A stretch of 59,494 nt of DNA, the filler included. It is 8 parts of 8 records of this genome, joined end to end, with 100 filler letters (N's around TTAATTAATTAA, not from the genome) between each part and the next. Parts side by side here need not be neighbours in the genome. Positions count along the whole stretch, not along the records: positions 22,095 to 31,231 come from SRR31147125_14307; positions 31,332 to 37,172 come from SRR31147125_14308; 6 more parts are not named here. One strand, written 5' to 3'. Below are positions 22,095-32,182 of the stretch, one piece after another (the stretch's first letter is position 1; each line of letters starts with the position of its first letter). The notes beneath the pieces are model-generated. The model was not told the DNA's origin. It saw only the letters and a list, made by a program, of their open reading frames with translations, and did not search any database. The position numbers were made by a program, and so were the translations under genes.

Positions 22095-22497
22095 CCCCTG
22101 CTCGGCAGGCGTATTCCCACTCCGCTTCTGTCGGCAGTCGAAAATTCCCGCCGGTTCTACTGTTGAGCCTGGTGATGAACCGCTGGACTTCGTGCCAACT
22201 GACGACATCCACTGGATACAGAGGATTTGACTGGTCGCTGGATGGGTTGTCTCCCATGATTCGGGTCCATTGCTCCTGGGTTACTTCGTACTTGGAGATG
22301 TTAAAATCTGACAGGCAGACGCGGTGGACAGGGCCCTCGTCTGCCAGGCCGTCTCCGAATTGATCTCCCATGTCAAAACAACCGCCGTCGACCCTGACGA
22401 AATCTTCCGGCAAAAAAATCTCGCTGCGGCTGTCGACGGTAATGAATCCGTTACCAAGGAGAAAAAGGCCTAAAATCAGAAAAAATCTGGATTTCAT
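22095..22497 (-). CDS. SUMF1/FGE-sulfatase domain protein (3' truncated)
   Basis: GGCFDMG, EGPVHRV, KYEVTQ, RLPTEAEWEYACRAG; signal peptide. Confidence 0.9.
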
Positions 22498-22670
22498 TAC
22501 ATCCTCCCCTATCATATGGATAGATATGTAGGTGTACGATAGTGATTATGAATATGGGAACCCTGCATACTTCAGGCTTCCCTGTATTGTGCCCTGAAAT
22601 CTGATTTTTTCAAGGTAGTCTAGGAAAAGGGTGTTCAACGAGCGTAAAAAACATGTACTGGGAGATTGGC

Positions 22671-23120
22671 ATGAAAGTGATACTGACATCAGCATTGTGT
22701 CTTGTGGTCTTTTCCGTATCTATCGTAGCGGCTGTGCCACGATCCGGATACAGGCCTGAAGGCATTTGTACCCGAGACATTAATGTGTGGGGACAGGCGG
22801 GCCACTGTTCTTGTGAAGAGGGTTTGTCTTACGACGAGCGTTCCGGTTTATGTCTCGAGGATGGAGATGCAGACGTCATGATCAAACAAGGCGCTCTGTC
22901 GGCAGGAGTGATGGCGATCGGCGGTGAGACCACCGGTTTTGTGATCGTGACCAAAGCAAACGAATCCTACGAGCTGATTTTGAAGACTGCTGATCAGGAA
23001 AAGCTATTGAAGCTCGATGGAATGTGGCTTGAGGTCGAAGGGCCATTGGTGATGATCGAAAGTGTTGAGAGAGCAACACGAACGGCTATCATTGCCGAAC
23101 GGGTTGCTGTGCTCGAGTAG
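22671..23120 (+). CDS. Secreted hypothetical protein, Cys-rich N-domain
   Basis: Signal peptide; CTRD...HCSC...GLC; C-terminal AIGGETTG beta-rich domain. Confidence 0.7.
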   Translation: MKVILTSALCLVVFSVSIVAAVPRSGYRPEGICTRDINVWGQAGHCSCEEGLSYDERSGLCLEDGDADVMIKQGALSAGVMAIGGETTGFVIVTKANESYELILKTADQEKLLKLDGMWLEVEGPLVMIESVERATRTAIIAERVAVLE

Positions 23121-23275
23121 CGATGCGGTTTTCCGAAAAAGATTGACAACGGTTTTTCTCCATCTCCTGCTATTGTGGAATCACCTGATAATTTTTAACA
23201 TCTGAAAAATGCCCCTCATATCATAGCTGAAATAATTCCCATGTTACTTTGGGATCATTTTGTTCACACTAATTG

Positions 23276-23437
23276 TAAAGTACCTATATGTATACATAGA
23301 TGGTCTTCCAAAGGATTAATGTTCCCTTTTGGGAACCTTGGTGAACGTTTTTGATTTTCTCAGTCAATAGTGTTAAGATGCCAATATAGGTATATTAGTG
23401 GCAATAAACTCTTTAATGTAACCAGAAAGGATCGTTA
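23276..23437. promoter_or_regulatory. Four degenerate palindromic operators upstream of the HTH gene
   Basis: 24-nt sites at 23276, 23317, 23374 and 23414 fitting TAATGTACC-N6-GGTACATTA. Confidence 0.5.
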
Positions 23438-23774
23438 TGAGATCAAGAAGCATGTCTCCACTTGCTATAGCGGAAGAGCTCGGTACTCGTCTGAAACAGG
23501 CCAGGCTCAGAGCCAACTTGACTCAGTCTGAAGTAGCTTCACGGTCCGGCTTGAGCAGGAAAACCGTCCTGAACGCCGAAAAAGGTAAGGTTCAGCTAGA
23601 GAACCTTGTCGCCATGTTAGTAGCGATGGATTTGGTGAATCAACTGGATATGTTCTTACCCGCTCAGGAAATATCTCCAATCCAGTTAGCAAAACTGAAG
23701 GGACAACAACGGCAACGAGCTTCAAGATCGAAAAAAGCAAGATGCGAAGTACCGAGGACGAACCGGCATGGTAA
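23437..23774 (+). CDS. HipB-like XRE HTH antitoxin (apparent frameshift at A6 23731-23736)
   Basis: RLKQARLRANLTQSEVA, SPIQLAKLKG; adding one A gives ...EDEPAW* overlapping the hipA start. Confidence 0.8.
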
Positions 23775-25086
23775 TGGATGTTGCCAGCGTAAAATTTAAT
23801 AACCATGCTGTTGGTGCTGTCAGCTTCGATACTGAAACTGGTGTTGGCTCGTTTGAGTTTGAGCCTCGCTTTATCGAAACAGGCATAGAGCTATCGCCGA
23901 TAAAAATGCCCTTGTCCCGGAAAATATATTCATTTCCTGAAGCTGATCGTGCAGCATTTCATGGGCTGCCGGGAATGATTGCGGATTCCTTACCGGACGA
24001 TTTCGGTAATGCCGTGTTGAATGCCTGGATCGCCATGCACGGTAAAGTGCCGGCCGACATCACACCTGTTGAACGTTTAAAATACACGGGTACGCGAGGT
24101 ATGGGTGCTCTCACCTATCACCCTGCTACCCGGAAAAAGAACTTAAACGCCTCACAGCATATCGAAATTGAATCGTTGATTTCAGTCGCTCAGGAAATTC
24201 TGGATCAGCGGGAGCAGTTCAGTGTAGCGCTTGGAAACCATCGAGAAGAAGACGCTGAAGCAATGATGGCATTATTGTCTGTCGGAGTGAGTGCGGGGGA
24301 GCCAGACCTAAAGCGGTACTCGCCTTTAATGATGATTTCACACAGGTACGATCAGGCCAGACGGATGTTCCGGATGGGTTTACCCATTACATAATGAAAT
24401 TTGATGGCGTCAGTGAACACAGCAGAGACAGAGAGACTTTCGGCGATCCGATGGGGTACGGAACAATGGAGTATGTCTATTCTCTTATGGCAGAGGCCTG
24501 CGAAATAGAGATGATGCCGTGCCGTTTGATAGATGAAGGCAAGAGGCGCCATTTTGTTACCCAGCGGTTTGACCGGGAAGGAAACACAAAACGCCATGTG
24601 CAGACATTAAACGGCCTGGTACATGTCAGCTACAAACATGTGGGAGCCTATTCTTATGCTGAATTGTTTGCTATTGCAAGGGAGTTGAAACTCGGTGCAG
24701 ATGAAGCAATGCAGTTATTCAGACGAATGGTGTTCAATGTTGTGGCGCGCAATCATGATGACCATTCCAAGAACTTTGCTTTTATGCTTGATGATCAGAA
24801 TAGATGGAGATTAGCCCCTGCTTACGATCTCGCCTACAGCTATAAACCGGGGAGTCGATGGGTGAATAGTCACTGGATGACGCTCAATGGAAAACGAGAC
24901 GGCTTTATTCGAGATGATTTTTATACTTTTGAAACGTTGAGTCCTTTATTCAGCAGACGTAAAATCGATAGTATCATTGATGAAACGGTAGAGCATGTTT
25001 CAAGGTGGATAAGCTTGGCAGTAGAGCATGATGTTCCAGAAAGATTAGCAGAATCAGTAGCACGTAATCTGTGTCTTACGTTTTAG
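23768..25086 (+). CDS. hipA: HipA-family kinase toxin (split by a frameshift at G5 24295-24299)
   Basis: DSLPDDFGN, RGMGAL, NHDDHSKNFAF, LAPAYD; adding one G restores SAGGARPK. Confidence 0.88.
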
Positions 25087-25155
25087 CCAGGACAAAAGGG
25101 AACCATGCCTAATTGTCTTCCAGCCTGAATCGTTGCCAGTAAGAACCTCCCGAAA

Positions 25156-25197
25156 CGCAAAGATCCCCGTATGAGCAATCATACGGGGATCTTTGCG
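25156..25197. terminator. Long perfect hairpin downstream of hipA
   Basis: CGCAAAGATCCCCGTATGA-gcaa-TCATACGGGGATCTTTGCG (19-bp stem). Confidence 0.7.
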
Positions 25198-25368
25198 GAT
25201 ACATTGGTGCGGAGGTTGGACTATAGTTAACTTTTTAACATTATGATATTTATCTATAGAAGTGGGTCCACTTCTAGTATAAAACGCCGGTTGAACCTTA
25301 TATGAAGAAAGCCCATCAGCTACTATTCCTTAAAAGTCAATGGAATTACCGTTTGGTTTGAGATCTCC

Positions 25369-26061
25369 ATGGAAATCGACAATTATAGAAGTGTTCAAAA
25401 TATCGCAAAAAATGTGCATCGCCAGTTGGGTCCGCTTATGAATGCTGATTCGACTGAGCGGGCAATCGTTGAACAAGCCAAAAAATTACTAGATGAATTA
25501 GGTACGCCGGAGACGTGGTATCACAATGTTCCAGCGTTTGTCCTACTGGGAAGCAGAAGCTGCCTTTCTATCTCCGGAAAGGAGTATGTACCGAGTTCAG
25601 AAACAGTTGGTGATACCAATTTAATTACCGTTGATCTCAGTCCATGCATCGGCTCGATATGGGGTGACTGTGCAAGATCTTTTGTGATCGAGAATGGACG
25701 GTATACCGCTTCACCTAATCATGTTCCATTCAAGGAAGGTTTGCAAATCGAAGAACGTTTACACACAGAGATGATGCGTTATGTCACACCAGAAACAAGA
25801 TTCTCTGAGCTTTACGAGTATGCAAATGACCTTATTACTGATTGCGGATATGAGAATCTTGATTTCTTGAATAACCTGGGTCATAGCATTGAAACAGATA
25901 CGTCCAGAAGGAGGTTCATTGATAAAGAATGCCATGAAAAGTTGGGGGATGTGTCGCTATTCACGTTTGAGCCACATATCAGGAAACAAAATGATAAGTG
26001 GGGATTTAAACACGAGGACATCTACTATTTCACCGATGTGGGTTCTGTTATTAAACTATGA
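25369..26061 (+). CDS. M24 metallopeptidase family protein
   Basis: VDLSP, WGDCARS, LGHSI, FEPH, KHEDIYY. Confidence 0.85.
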   Translation: MEIDNYRSVQNIAKNVHRQLGPLMNADSTERAIVEQAKKLLDELGTPETWYHNVPAFVLLGSRSCLSISGKEYVPSSETVGDTNLITVDLSPCIGSIWGDCARSFVIENGRYTASPNHVPFKEGLQIEERLHTEMMRYVTPETRFSELYEYANDLITDCGYENLDFLNNLGHSIETDTSRRRFIDKECHEKLGDVSLFTFEPHIRKQNDKWGFKHEDIYYFTDVGSVIKL

Positions 26062-26160
26062 GTAATCCTGTAATCGTCTTTAGACAGCCTTCTGTAGTAG
26101 AATTTATCCGGCTAAGACAATTAGTCGGCTGGGATACACCTGATACGCAACAGCCTCGCT
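26058..26160 (+). pseudogene. Truncated GNAT acetyltransferase N-terminal fragment
   Basis: PSVVEFIRLRQLVGW resembles the start of small GNATs; start overlaps the upstream stop; similarity is lost after ~30 codons. Confidence 0.45.
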
Positions 26161-26240
26161 GTAGCAAACTGATCCTGAATATATGCAAAATATCTGTATT
26201 CCCAAATGAAAAAAATCCAGATAAATTGAAATTCCTGTTC

Positions 26241-26756
26241 TTATGAGTGAAGTATCAGTTTTGTTGGTCTGATGTAGTAACGATAATAACCGACGAGGTT
26301 AGAACTTATAAAAATAGCCTCCATGAGTACGGCTCCAGGTGAACCAGCGAGATAGTTATGTATAATCCAGATCATCGTGCCTATCAGCATCAACTGTCTG
26401 AGAAGCTTATCTTTCTTACTGAAAGCGGCAATGGTCGTAAAGATGGTTGCAGTGCAAGCGAGAATGGATAGAACCCCTGTAAAAGAAAAAAACGAAATGG
26501 CACATGCGATAAATAGGAAGACCCACATTATTCTTTTCGACGTTGTGAACAAACTGCTTGTAAAACGTGCTAAGGCAAGCAGTCCCAGAAAAGCTGCTGT
26601 CCAGTGTCCCAACAACATGAAGTGGCTAGTAATAAACATTATGGAAACTATGAAGCATGTCACAACCTTTGTTCTTTCTTTAAACTGGAAAGAGAGTGCA
26701 TCAAAGCAGATAGCGATCCCAATCAAAATTTGGGACAAAACAAAATTAGATATCAA
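26241..26756 (-). CDS. YgjV-family inner membrane protein
   Basis: SQILIG..SFQFK, HFMLLG, WIIHNYLAGSPG. Confidence 0.85.
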   Translation of the reverse strand: MISNFVLSQILIGIAICFDALSFQFKERTKVVTCFIVSIMFITSHFMLLGHWTAAFLGLLALARFTSSLFTTSKRIMWVFLFIACAISFFSFTGVLSILACTATIFTTIAAFSKKDKLLRQLMLIGTMIWIIHNYLAGSPGAVLMEAIFISSNLVGYYRYYIRPTKLILHS

Positions 26757-27201
26757 TTGATTACCTTGAGTGAAATAATGGACATATGTTGACGCAGAAA
26801 AATCTATACAGTATTCACACTCAAGTATCTACTCCTGAAAAGGCACCTAGCCCTCTTTTTTATAGTAAGTAGCTGGTATTGATTTGATCAGTATTGAGCC
26901 TGCAGCGTTTCTTCGATTTTGGCAATTGTCCTGGGTGCGGATCCCTCGAAGTGGTTATTGACATATATGAAGGATTATCGATCAGGTCGGTCAACATGTA
27001 AATTAGTCGGCCGATGTCCCGGTCTCTAGGCTCCACAATCTCATTCCATTTCTTTCCGGTTTGTTTCTCAATTTCCTGCCTCACTGGACCGTGTATTCTG
27101 ATAACGTTCTAGGCAAATTTCCTCCTAACATTTATCGGAAAGATAGAAAAGTAGTCATCTATAGGCTCGTTTTTTCAAGTTGAGAATAAACCCAACAGGG
27201 A

Positions 27202-27290
27202 GTAACACGATTTTTTTTTTGTGTGAAGAACTGCTTGACACAACTACAGTCGTCAAGGTAAGAGTAACACGAATATAAAATATGTGTTAC
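27202..27290 (+). promoter_or_regulatory. NikR-like operators flanking a TTGACA -35 element
   Basis: Perfect GTAACAC-N13-GTGTTAC at 27264-27290, degenerate copy at 27202-27227, TTGACA at 27235-27240. Confidence 0.65.
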
Positions 27291-27319
27291 CGCTTGATCT
27301 CTAACTTTGCTTCTATGAA

Positions 27320-28132
27320 ATGTTTTGTATGAAATTATCTGATTTGAGCGCCCATTGGTGCAACGGGAGGATGAACTCTACCTGGATGCGTAAAAAAAGT
27401 TACTCAACTGATTTTTGGGATCGCCACTGGCAGCGCGAGAGTGCTCCAATGAAAGCAAGAAATAGCTGGGTCTTTAATAACCTCAATACAGAAGCTGTCG
27501 AAACTGCTGCTGATATCGGTTGCGGCAGTGGGGATATTACACTTTGGCTCGCAAAACAGGGTGTGAACCTCACCGCAATAGACAAATCAGAAGTCGCCAT
27601 TCAAAAACTTAAGGGCAAGGCGGCGGATTCTAAACTGCAGGTGCACTCATACTGTCTAGACTGGTTGAACATAGAGGTGGAAACTCTCGGTGCCCCATGG
27701 GATTTAGCTTTTACAGCCTATACGCTTGGTACCGTGGATCCGGTGCCTTACCTTGAGAAAATGTTCCATTCAGCGAGGAAAATTGTCATCATAGAGCCTT
27801 CCGGTCTGCGCCACTGGCAACATCCAGGGTTCTGGCCTTTGCTAGAAAAAGCACCTTTTGATCCCGGACCAGATTACCACGTTATTGTCGATATTTTAAA
27901 AGAGTTGGGGGCAGATCCCCAAGTTCTGCCTGGTGAGTATTCGGTAAGTCGTGATTTTTCAGATATTGAAGAAGCAATCTTGTGGCTGCTAGAGCGTACC
28001 GGCGTAGATTATGAATCAGGACGAGAAGCGGCGAGAGTGTATCTAGGGGAAAACCTTGTCGAGATAGATAGAGGAATAAGAATGTCGCAAACCCAGCAAA
28101 TTGTGATGCTGACAATCAATGGAAATATCTAG
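27320..28132 (+). CDS. Class I SAM-dependent methyltransferase (start uncertain)
   Basis: DIGCGSG, TAIDKS motifs. Confidence 0.88.
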   Translation: MFCMKLSDLSAHWCNGRMNSTWMRKKSYSTDFWDRHWQRESAPMKARNSWVFNNLNTEAVETAADIGCGSGDITLWLAKQGVNLTAIDKSEVAIQKLKGKAADSKLQVHSYCLDWLNIEVETLGAPWDLAFTAYTLGTVDPVPYLEKMFHSARKIVIIEPSGLRHWQHPGFWPLLEKAPFDPGPDYHVIVDILKELGADPQVLPGEYSVSRDFSDIEEAILWLLERTGVDYESGREAARVYLGENLVEIDRGIRMSQTQQIVMLTINGNI

Positions 28133-28141
28133 CAAGAGAGA

Positions 28142-29182
28142 GTGAAAATGTTACGAGTAACTTTTTTAGCGGTACTGCTTTGCTGTCTGTCGTTTCAAGG
28201 AACTTCACTGGCCGAAGAAATTACGCTTATTGACCGCAACGAGCGAGAAGTCACTTTGCCTAAAAAGGCGGAACGAGTAGTCTCGTTAATGCAGGAATGT
28301 ACCACAGTTATGTTAACTCTGGAGGCGGGCGACATGCTAGTGGGAGTGGATAAGCACTCGTCAGCGGATAAGCTCAACGGCTTTGCCTTCTTTAATGAAA
28401 AGCCGGTTCCGGCCGTTGGCGAAACCAAACAACCTAATCTGGAGATTATCGTTTCGCTTAAGCCTGATCTGATCCTTACCTGGGGCGGATACGGCACCGA
28501 TCTCGCAAATGAGATACAGAGACAAACCGGGGTGCCGGTCATATGTTTGCATACACTTACAACCATTGAAGGAGTGAAAGCCAACTATGAGCTGGTTGCA
28601 AAAGCAATAGGTAAAGAGCAGCGAATGAAAGAAATCATCGATTACGGTGATGACGTAATCGCCTCGATCACAAAAGAGACCCATGCTATCCCCGAGGAGA
28701 AGCGCCCCCGGGTTCACCTACTATTCTGGGGCTTCTGGAACGGAGTCAGCCGTATCCCCATATTTTACGATCCGGTGACAATAGCAGGCGGGGTAAATAT
28801 AGCATCTACAGAAACGTCAAACGTCTATGGTTATTCGGTAAAGGTACCAGTAGAACAGGTAGTGGTCTGGAACCCAGACTATATTTTTATCCACGGTTCT
28901 CCCTCCTGGCCTAAGGTAACGCCCAAGCAGATCATGTCCGATCCGCGGATGGTAAATGTTACTGCAGTAAAAAACAAAAAAGTCGACTATACGCTAGGCA
29001 TGTGGCGCGGATGGCACTACCCAAGAGCTTTGACAGAGACTCTATACATGACCAAGAAGATGCATTCCGACCTGTTCACCGATCTCGATCCACAGGTTGA
29101 AGGGGATCAGATTTACGAATTCTTTTACGGTAAACCCGGATTGTGGACCGCCCGTGGCAAAGAGCTTGGTCTTATACAGTAA
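28142..29182 (+). CDS. FecB/BtuF-type ABC substrate-binding protein
   Basis: Signal peptide, ERVVSL, PNLEIIVSLKPDLIL, VEQVVVWNPDYIF. Confidence 0.9.
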   Translation: MKMLRVTFLAVLLCCLSFQGTSLAEEITLIDRNEREVTLPKKAERVVSLMQECTTVMLTLEAGDMLVGVDKHSSADKLNGFAFFNEKPVPAVGETKQPNLEIIVSLKPDLILTWGGYGTDLANEIQRQTGVPVICLHTLTTIEGVKANYELVAKAIGKEQRMKEIIDYGDDVIASITKETHAIPEEKRPRVHLLFWGFWNGVSRIPIFYDPVTIAGGVNIASTETSNVYGYSVKVPVEQVVVWNPDYIFIHGSPSWPKVTPKQIMSDPRMVNVTAVKNKKVDYTLGMWRGWHYPRALTETLYMTKKMHSDLFTDLDPQVEGDQIYEFFYGKPGLWTARGKELGLIQ

Positions 29183-29204
29183 ACTGTTGCTAAGGAATTA
29201 AGGC

Positions 29205-30233
29205 TTGTTCAAAAAAGGTTTTCTTTCAGGGACCACGGTTCTTGCACTTCTGGTGCTTCTTTCCATGGTTCTTGCGTGCTATGCGATGAGTATCGGACCT
29301 GCTGGAATCGGCTGGAAAGAGGCTTTCCAGGCCTTAGGCAACCAAATTATTCCAAATAGTTTTTCAGTTTCCGACATGACCAGTACCGTAATTGTTAATA
29401 TACGAGCACCAAGGATCATCATGGCTAACTTGGCCGGTTTCGGGCTCGGTATTTGTGGCTATGCCATGCAGTCTGTCCTTAAAAACCCACTGGCTAGTCC
29501 ATATACTCTCGGCTTGTCTTCGGCTGCAGGTTTTGGTGCAGCACTAGCAATCGTCCTTGGGGTCGGTGTGCTTTCAGCAGAGTACCTGATTGTTGGCAAT
29601 GCCTTTCTCTTCTCCCTGCTTGCGTCCGTTTTGGTACTTGGTTTTGCCTCTGGCCGCAATGCACGACCGGAGACAGTAATTCTGAGCGGTGTTGCTGTTA
29701 TGTTTCTGTTTTCGGCAGGGATTACCTTGCTACAATTTATCGCCGATCCGTATGCCGTTCAAGCGGTAGTTTTTTGGTTGATTGGTGATGTGGGTCGAGC
29801 ATCCTGGGATAAAATTGCAGTAATGCTGATGGTTGTGTGTCTGGTTACTCCATATCTACTGTTTAAAGGTTGGGATATTGGTATTTTGCGTATGGGAGAT
29901 GAAACTGCAGCGAGCCTGGGAGTCCGAGTCAGCCTTACCCGATTGGGAGTGATGGCCGCGTGCTCCCTGCTTACAGCAAGCGTTGTGGCCTTCGTCGGAG
30001 CCATAGGCTTTATCGGTCTGGTGGCACCACATATGGTCAAGCTGGTAGGCAAAGGAAGCGACCGCTTTTGCTTACTCGCATCGGGGATGGTCGGAGCCAT
30101 CCTCCTGGCGTCGGCAGACATGGTCGCTCTTACCATACTCGCACCCAATGTCCTGCCCATAGGAGTGGTGACAGCACTATTGGGAGGGCCTCTTTTTATG
30201 TTTTTGATTAAGCGAGGGAAACAGTCACAATGA
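29205..30233 (+). CDS. FecCD/BtuC-type ABC permease
   Basis: IRAPR, NPLASPYTLGLSSAA, GFIGLVAPH, LPIGVVT. Confidence 0.92.
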   Translation: MFKKGFLSGTTVLALLVLLSMVLACYAMSIGPAGIGWKEAFQALGNQIIPNSFSVSDMTSTVIVNIRAPRIIMANLAGFGLGICGYAMQSVLKNPLASPYTLGLSSAAGFGAALAIVLGVGVLSAEYLIVGNAFLFSLLASVLVLGFASGRNARPETVILSGVAVMFLFSAGITLLQFIADPYAVQAVVFWLIGDVGRASWDKIAVMLMVVCLVTPYLLFKGWDIGILRMGDETAASLGVRVSLTRLGVMAACSLLTASVVAFVGAIGFIGLVAPHMVKLVGKGSDRFCLLASGMVGAILLASADMVALTILAPNVLPIGVVTALLGGPLFMFLIKRGKQSQ

Positions 30234-31021
30234 ATATTCAAGCCAATGACGTTTGTTTTTCCTATCCTGATTCCGGAAGCATAGATTCTGTTAGTCTAGA
30301 TCTCAGCGCGGGTGAGGTCGCTTGCATAATAGGGCCAAACGGTTCAGGGAAGTCAACATTTTTGAAGTGTCTAAACAGGTTACTGCCACCCAGTTCCGGA
30401 ACCGTGTATATCGACTCCAATGAGGTTGATTCAATGAGCAGAAAGAAACTGGCTTGCCTGGTCGGCTATCTGCCTCAGGAACCACCACCGGACCATGAGC
30501 TAACTGCTCTTGACGCCGTTCTGATGGGACGTCGGCCCCATACCCTTTGGCGTCCAGGAAAAACAGACTATGTTCTTGCAAATAAGGCCCTGACGACCAT
30601 GCATATTTCTCACCTCAAAGACAGGTTACTAAATCATCTCTCAGGTGGAGAAGTTCAGCGGGTCATGCTGGCCCGAGCGCTTGCCCAGGAGGCAAAAGTA
30701 CTCTTACTTGACGAGCCAACTAACAACCTGGATATTCGACATCAGCTGGGTGTTATGCGTACGGTACGTGACTTGGCTGACAAAGTGAATCTTGCCGCCA
30801 TAGTGGTAATGCACGACCTCAACCTTTCAGCACGGTTTGCTGATAAGATCTTGCTCCTGCATAACGGGGAGATTGCTGCCATAGGTCGTCCATCCCACGT
30901 GCTGACTTATGAAAATATCAGGGAGGTATATGGAGTAGAATCATCCATCCATATGGAAAATGACTTACCTCATGTGATTGTTACAGAAGAAATTCAGCAG
31001 CACACAGTCTGCCAATCCTGA
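30230..31021 (+). CDS. FecE/BtuD-type ABC ATPase
   Basis: GPNGSGKST, LSGGEVQR, LDEPTNNLD, MHDLN. Confidence 0.93.
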   Translation: MNIQANDVCFSYPDSGSIDSVSLDLSAGEVACIIGPNGSGKSTFLKCLNRLLPPSSGTVYIDSNEVDSMSRKKLACLVGYLPQEPPPDHELTALDAVLMGRRPHTLWRPGKTDYVLANKALTTMHISHLKDRLLNHLSGGEVQRVMLARALAQEAKVLLLDEPTNNLDIRHQLGVMRTVRDLADKVNLAAIVVMHDLNLSARFADKILLLHNGEIAAIGRPSHVLTYENIREVYGVESSIHMENDLPHVIVTEEIQQHTVCQS

Positions 31022-31332
31022 CTTTTCCTGTGCAGGAGAGGACTCGGTGATATTGCGGTACCTCCACCAAACTGCCAACTGCGATATCATCGAGACCTTT
31101 TCTATTTGTTTGATTCAGAAAGATTACTCACTATCACAGACTCTGTTATGAAATGAAGTAGTATTTTGACTTTAAAGATTTAAAAGAAATCCACTAACGT
31201 CTGTTTTGCTTCAGCTGGAATTGGAAAATTTNNNNNNNNNNNNNNNNNNNNNNNNNNNNNNNNNNNNNNNNNNNNTTAATTAATTAANNNNNNNNNNNNN
31301 NNNNNNNNNNNNNNNNNNNNNNNNNNNNNNNC

Positions 31333-32163
31333 TTTATGGGTTGGATTATTGCGGTGCAGAAGGTTCCCGCCTTCATGATGACCCTCGGTGGTCTTCTTGT
31401 GTTCAACGGTGTTCACTGGCTGGTTATTCACAACAGTACTGTTCCAGTTACAGTTGGCGGTACAGAAAACCTAATGTCTATTCTCACCACCTATTACTTC
31501 TCAGCTAAAGCAGGTTTTATTATCTTCGGTATTGTGGCAGTAGGTATTATTTTCACTACTCTTAAAAATCGTGCAAAACGCAGGAAATATGGTCTTCATG
31601 TCGAAGATAAAGCAACCTGTATTCTCAAAGTGCTTGTAATCCTGCAGAGTCTCTTCTTTATTATAGAAATTCTGAATCAGTTCAAAGGTCTGCCACTTTC
31701 ATTTGTTATTCTTGGTATCGTTGCAACACTTATCTACACCATGACAACCAAGACACCGATGGGACGCTACCTCTATGCTATCGGTGGTAATGAAGATGCA
31801 ACCCGCCTTTCAGGTGTTTCTGTAGAAAAAGTTGTCATTCTTGCCTACATCACAGTTGGTGCAATCGTTACTCTTACAGGTTTCATGCAGACGGCATACG
31901 GTGGTTACTCCACAACAACAGTTGGTAAGCTGATGGAATTGGATGCGGTTGCTGCCTGTGTTATCGGTGGTACAAGCCTGCAGGGTGGTCGTGGTACAGT
32001 GACTGGTGTGCTCTTCGGGGCAACAATCATGGCGACACTTCTCAACGGTATGACTCTTCTTGCAATATCTCCGGAAATGAAGCTGATTGCTCGTGGTGGT
32101 GTTCTTGTATTTGCGGTATGGGCAGATATCTACCTCGCACGTAAACAAGGCAAGACTGTCTAA
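31333..32163 (+). CDS. xylH: Xylose ABC permease (5' truncated)
   Basis: PAFMMTLGG, YAIGGN..A.RLSG, ELDAVAA; adjacent to xylF. Confidence 0.8.
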   Translation, partial: FMGWIIAVQKVPAFMMTLGGLLVFNGVHWLVIHNSTVPVTVGGTENLMSILTTYYFSAKAGFIIFGIVAVGIIFTTLKNRAKRRKYGLHVEDKATCILKVLVILQSLFFIIEILNQFKGLPLSFVILGIVATLIYTMTTKTPMGRYLYAIGGNEDATRLSGVSVEKVVILAYITVGAIVTLTGFMQTAYGGYSTTTVGKLMELDAVAACVIGGTSLQGGRGTVTGVLFGATIMATLLNGMTLLAISPEMKLIARGGVLVFAVWADIYLARKQGKTV

Positions 32164-32182
32164 TTTAATATAAGGAATTACT

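Noticed and set aside
24290-24400. Split hipA as a HipBST-like three-gene system or a programmed frameshift
   Set aside because: The break falls inside the conserved SAGGARPK loop at a G run and matches the window-wide homopolymer error pattern.
26860-27135. Possible integron cassette or attC near a short minus-strand ORF
   Set aside because: No convincing paired R and L boxes and no integrase; more likely a gene remnant.
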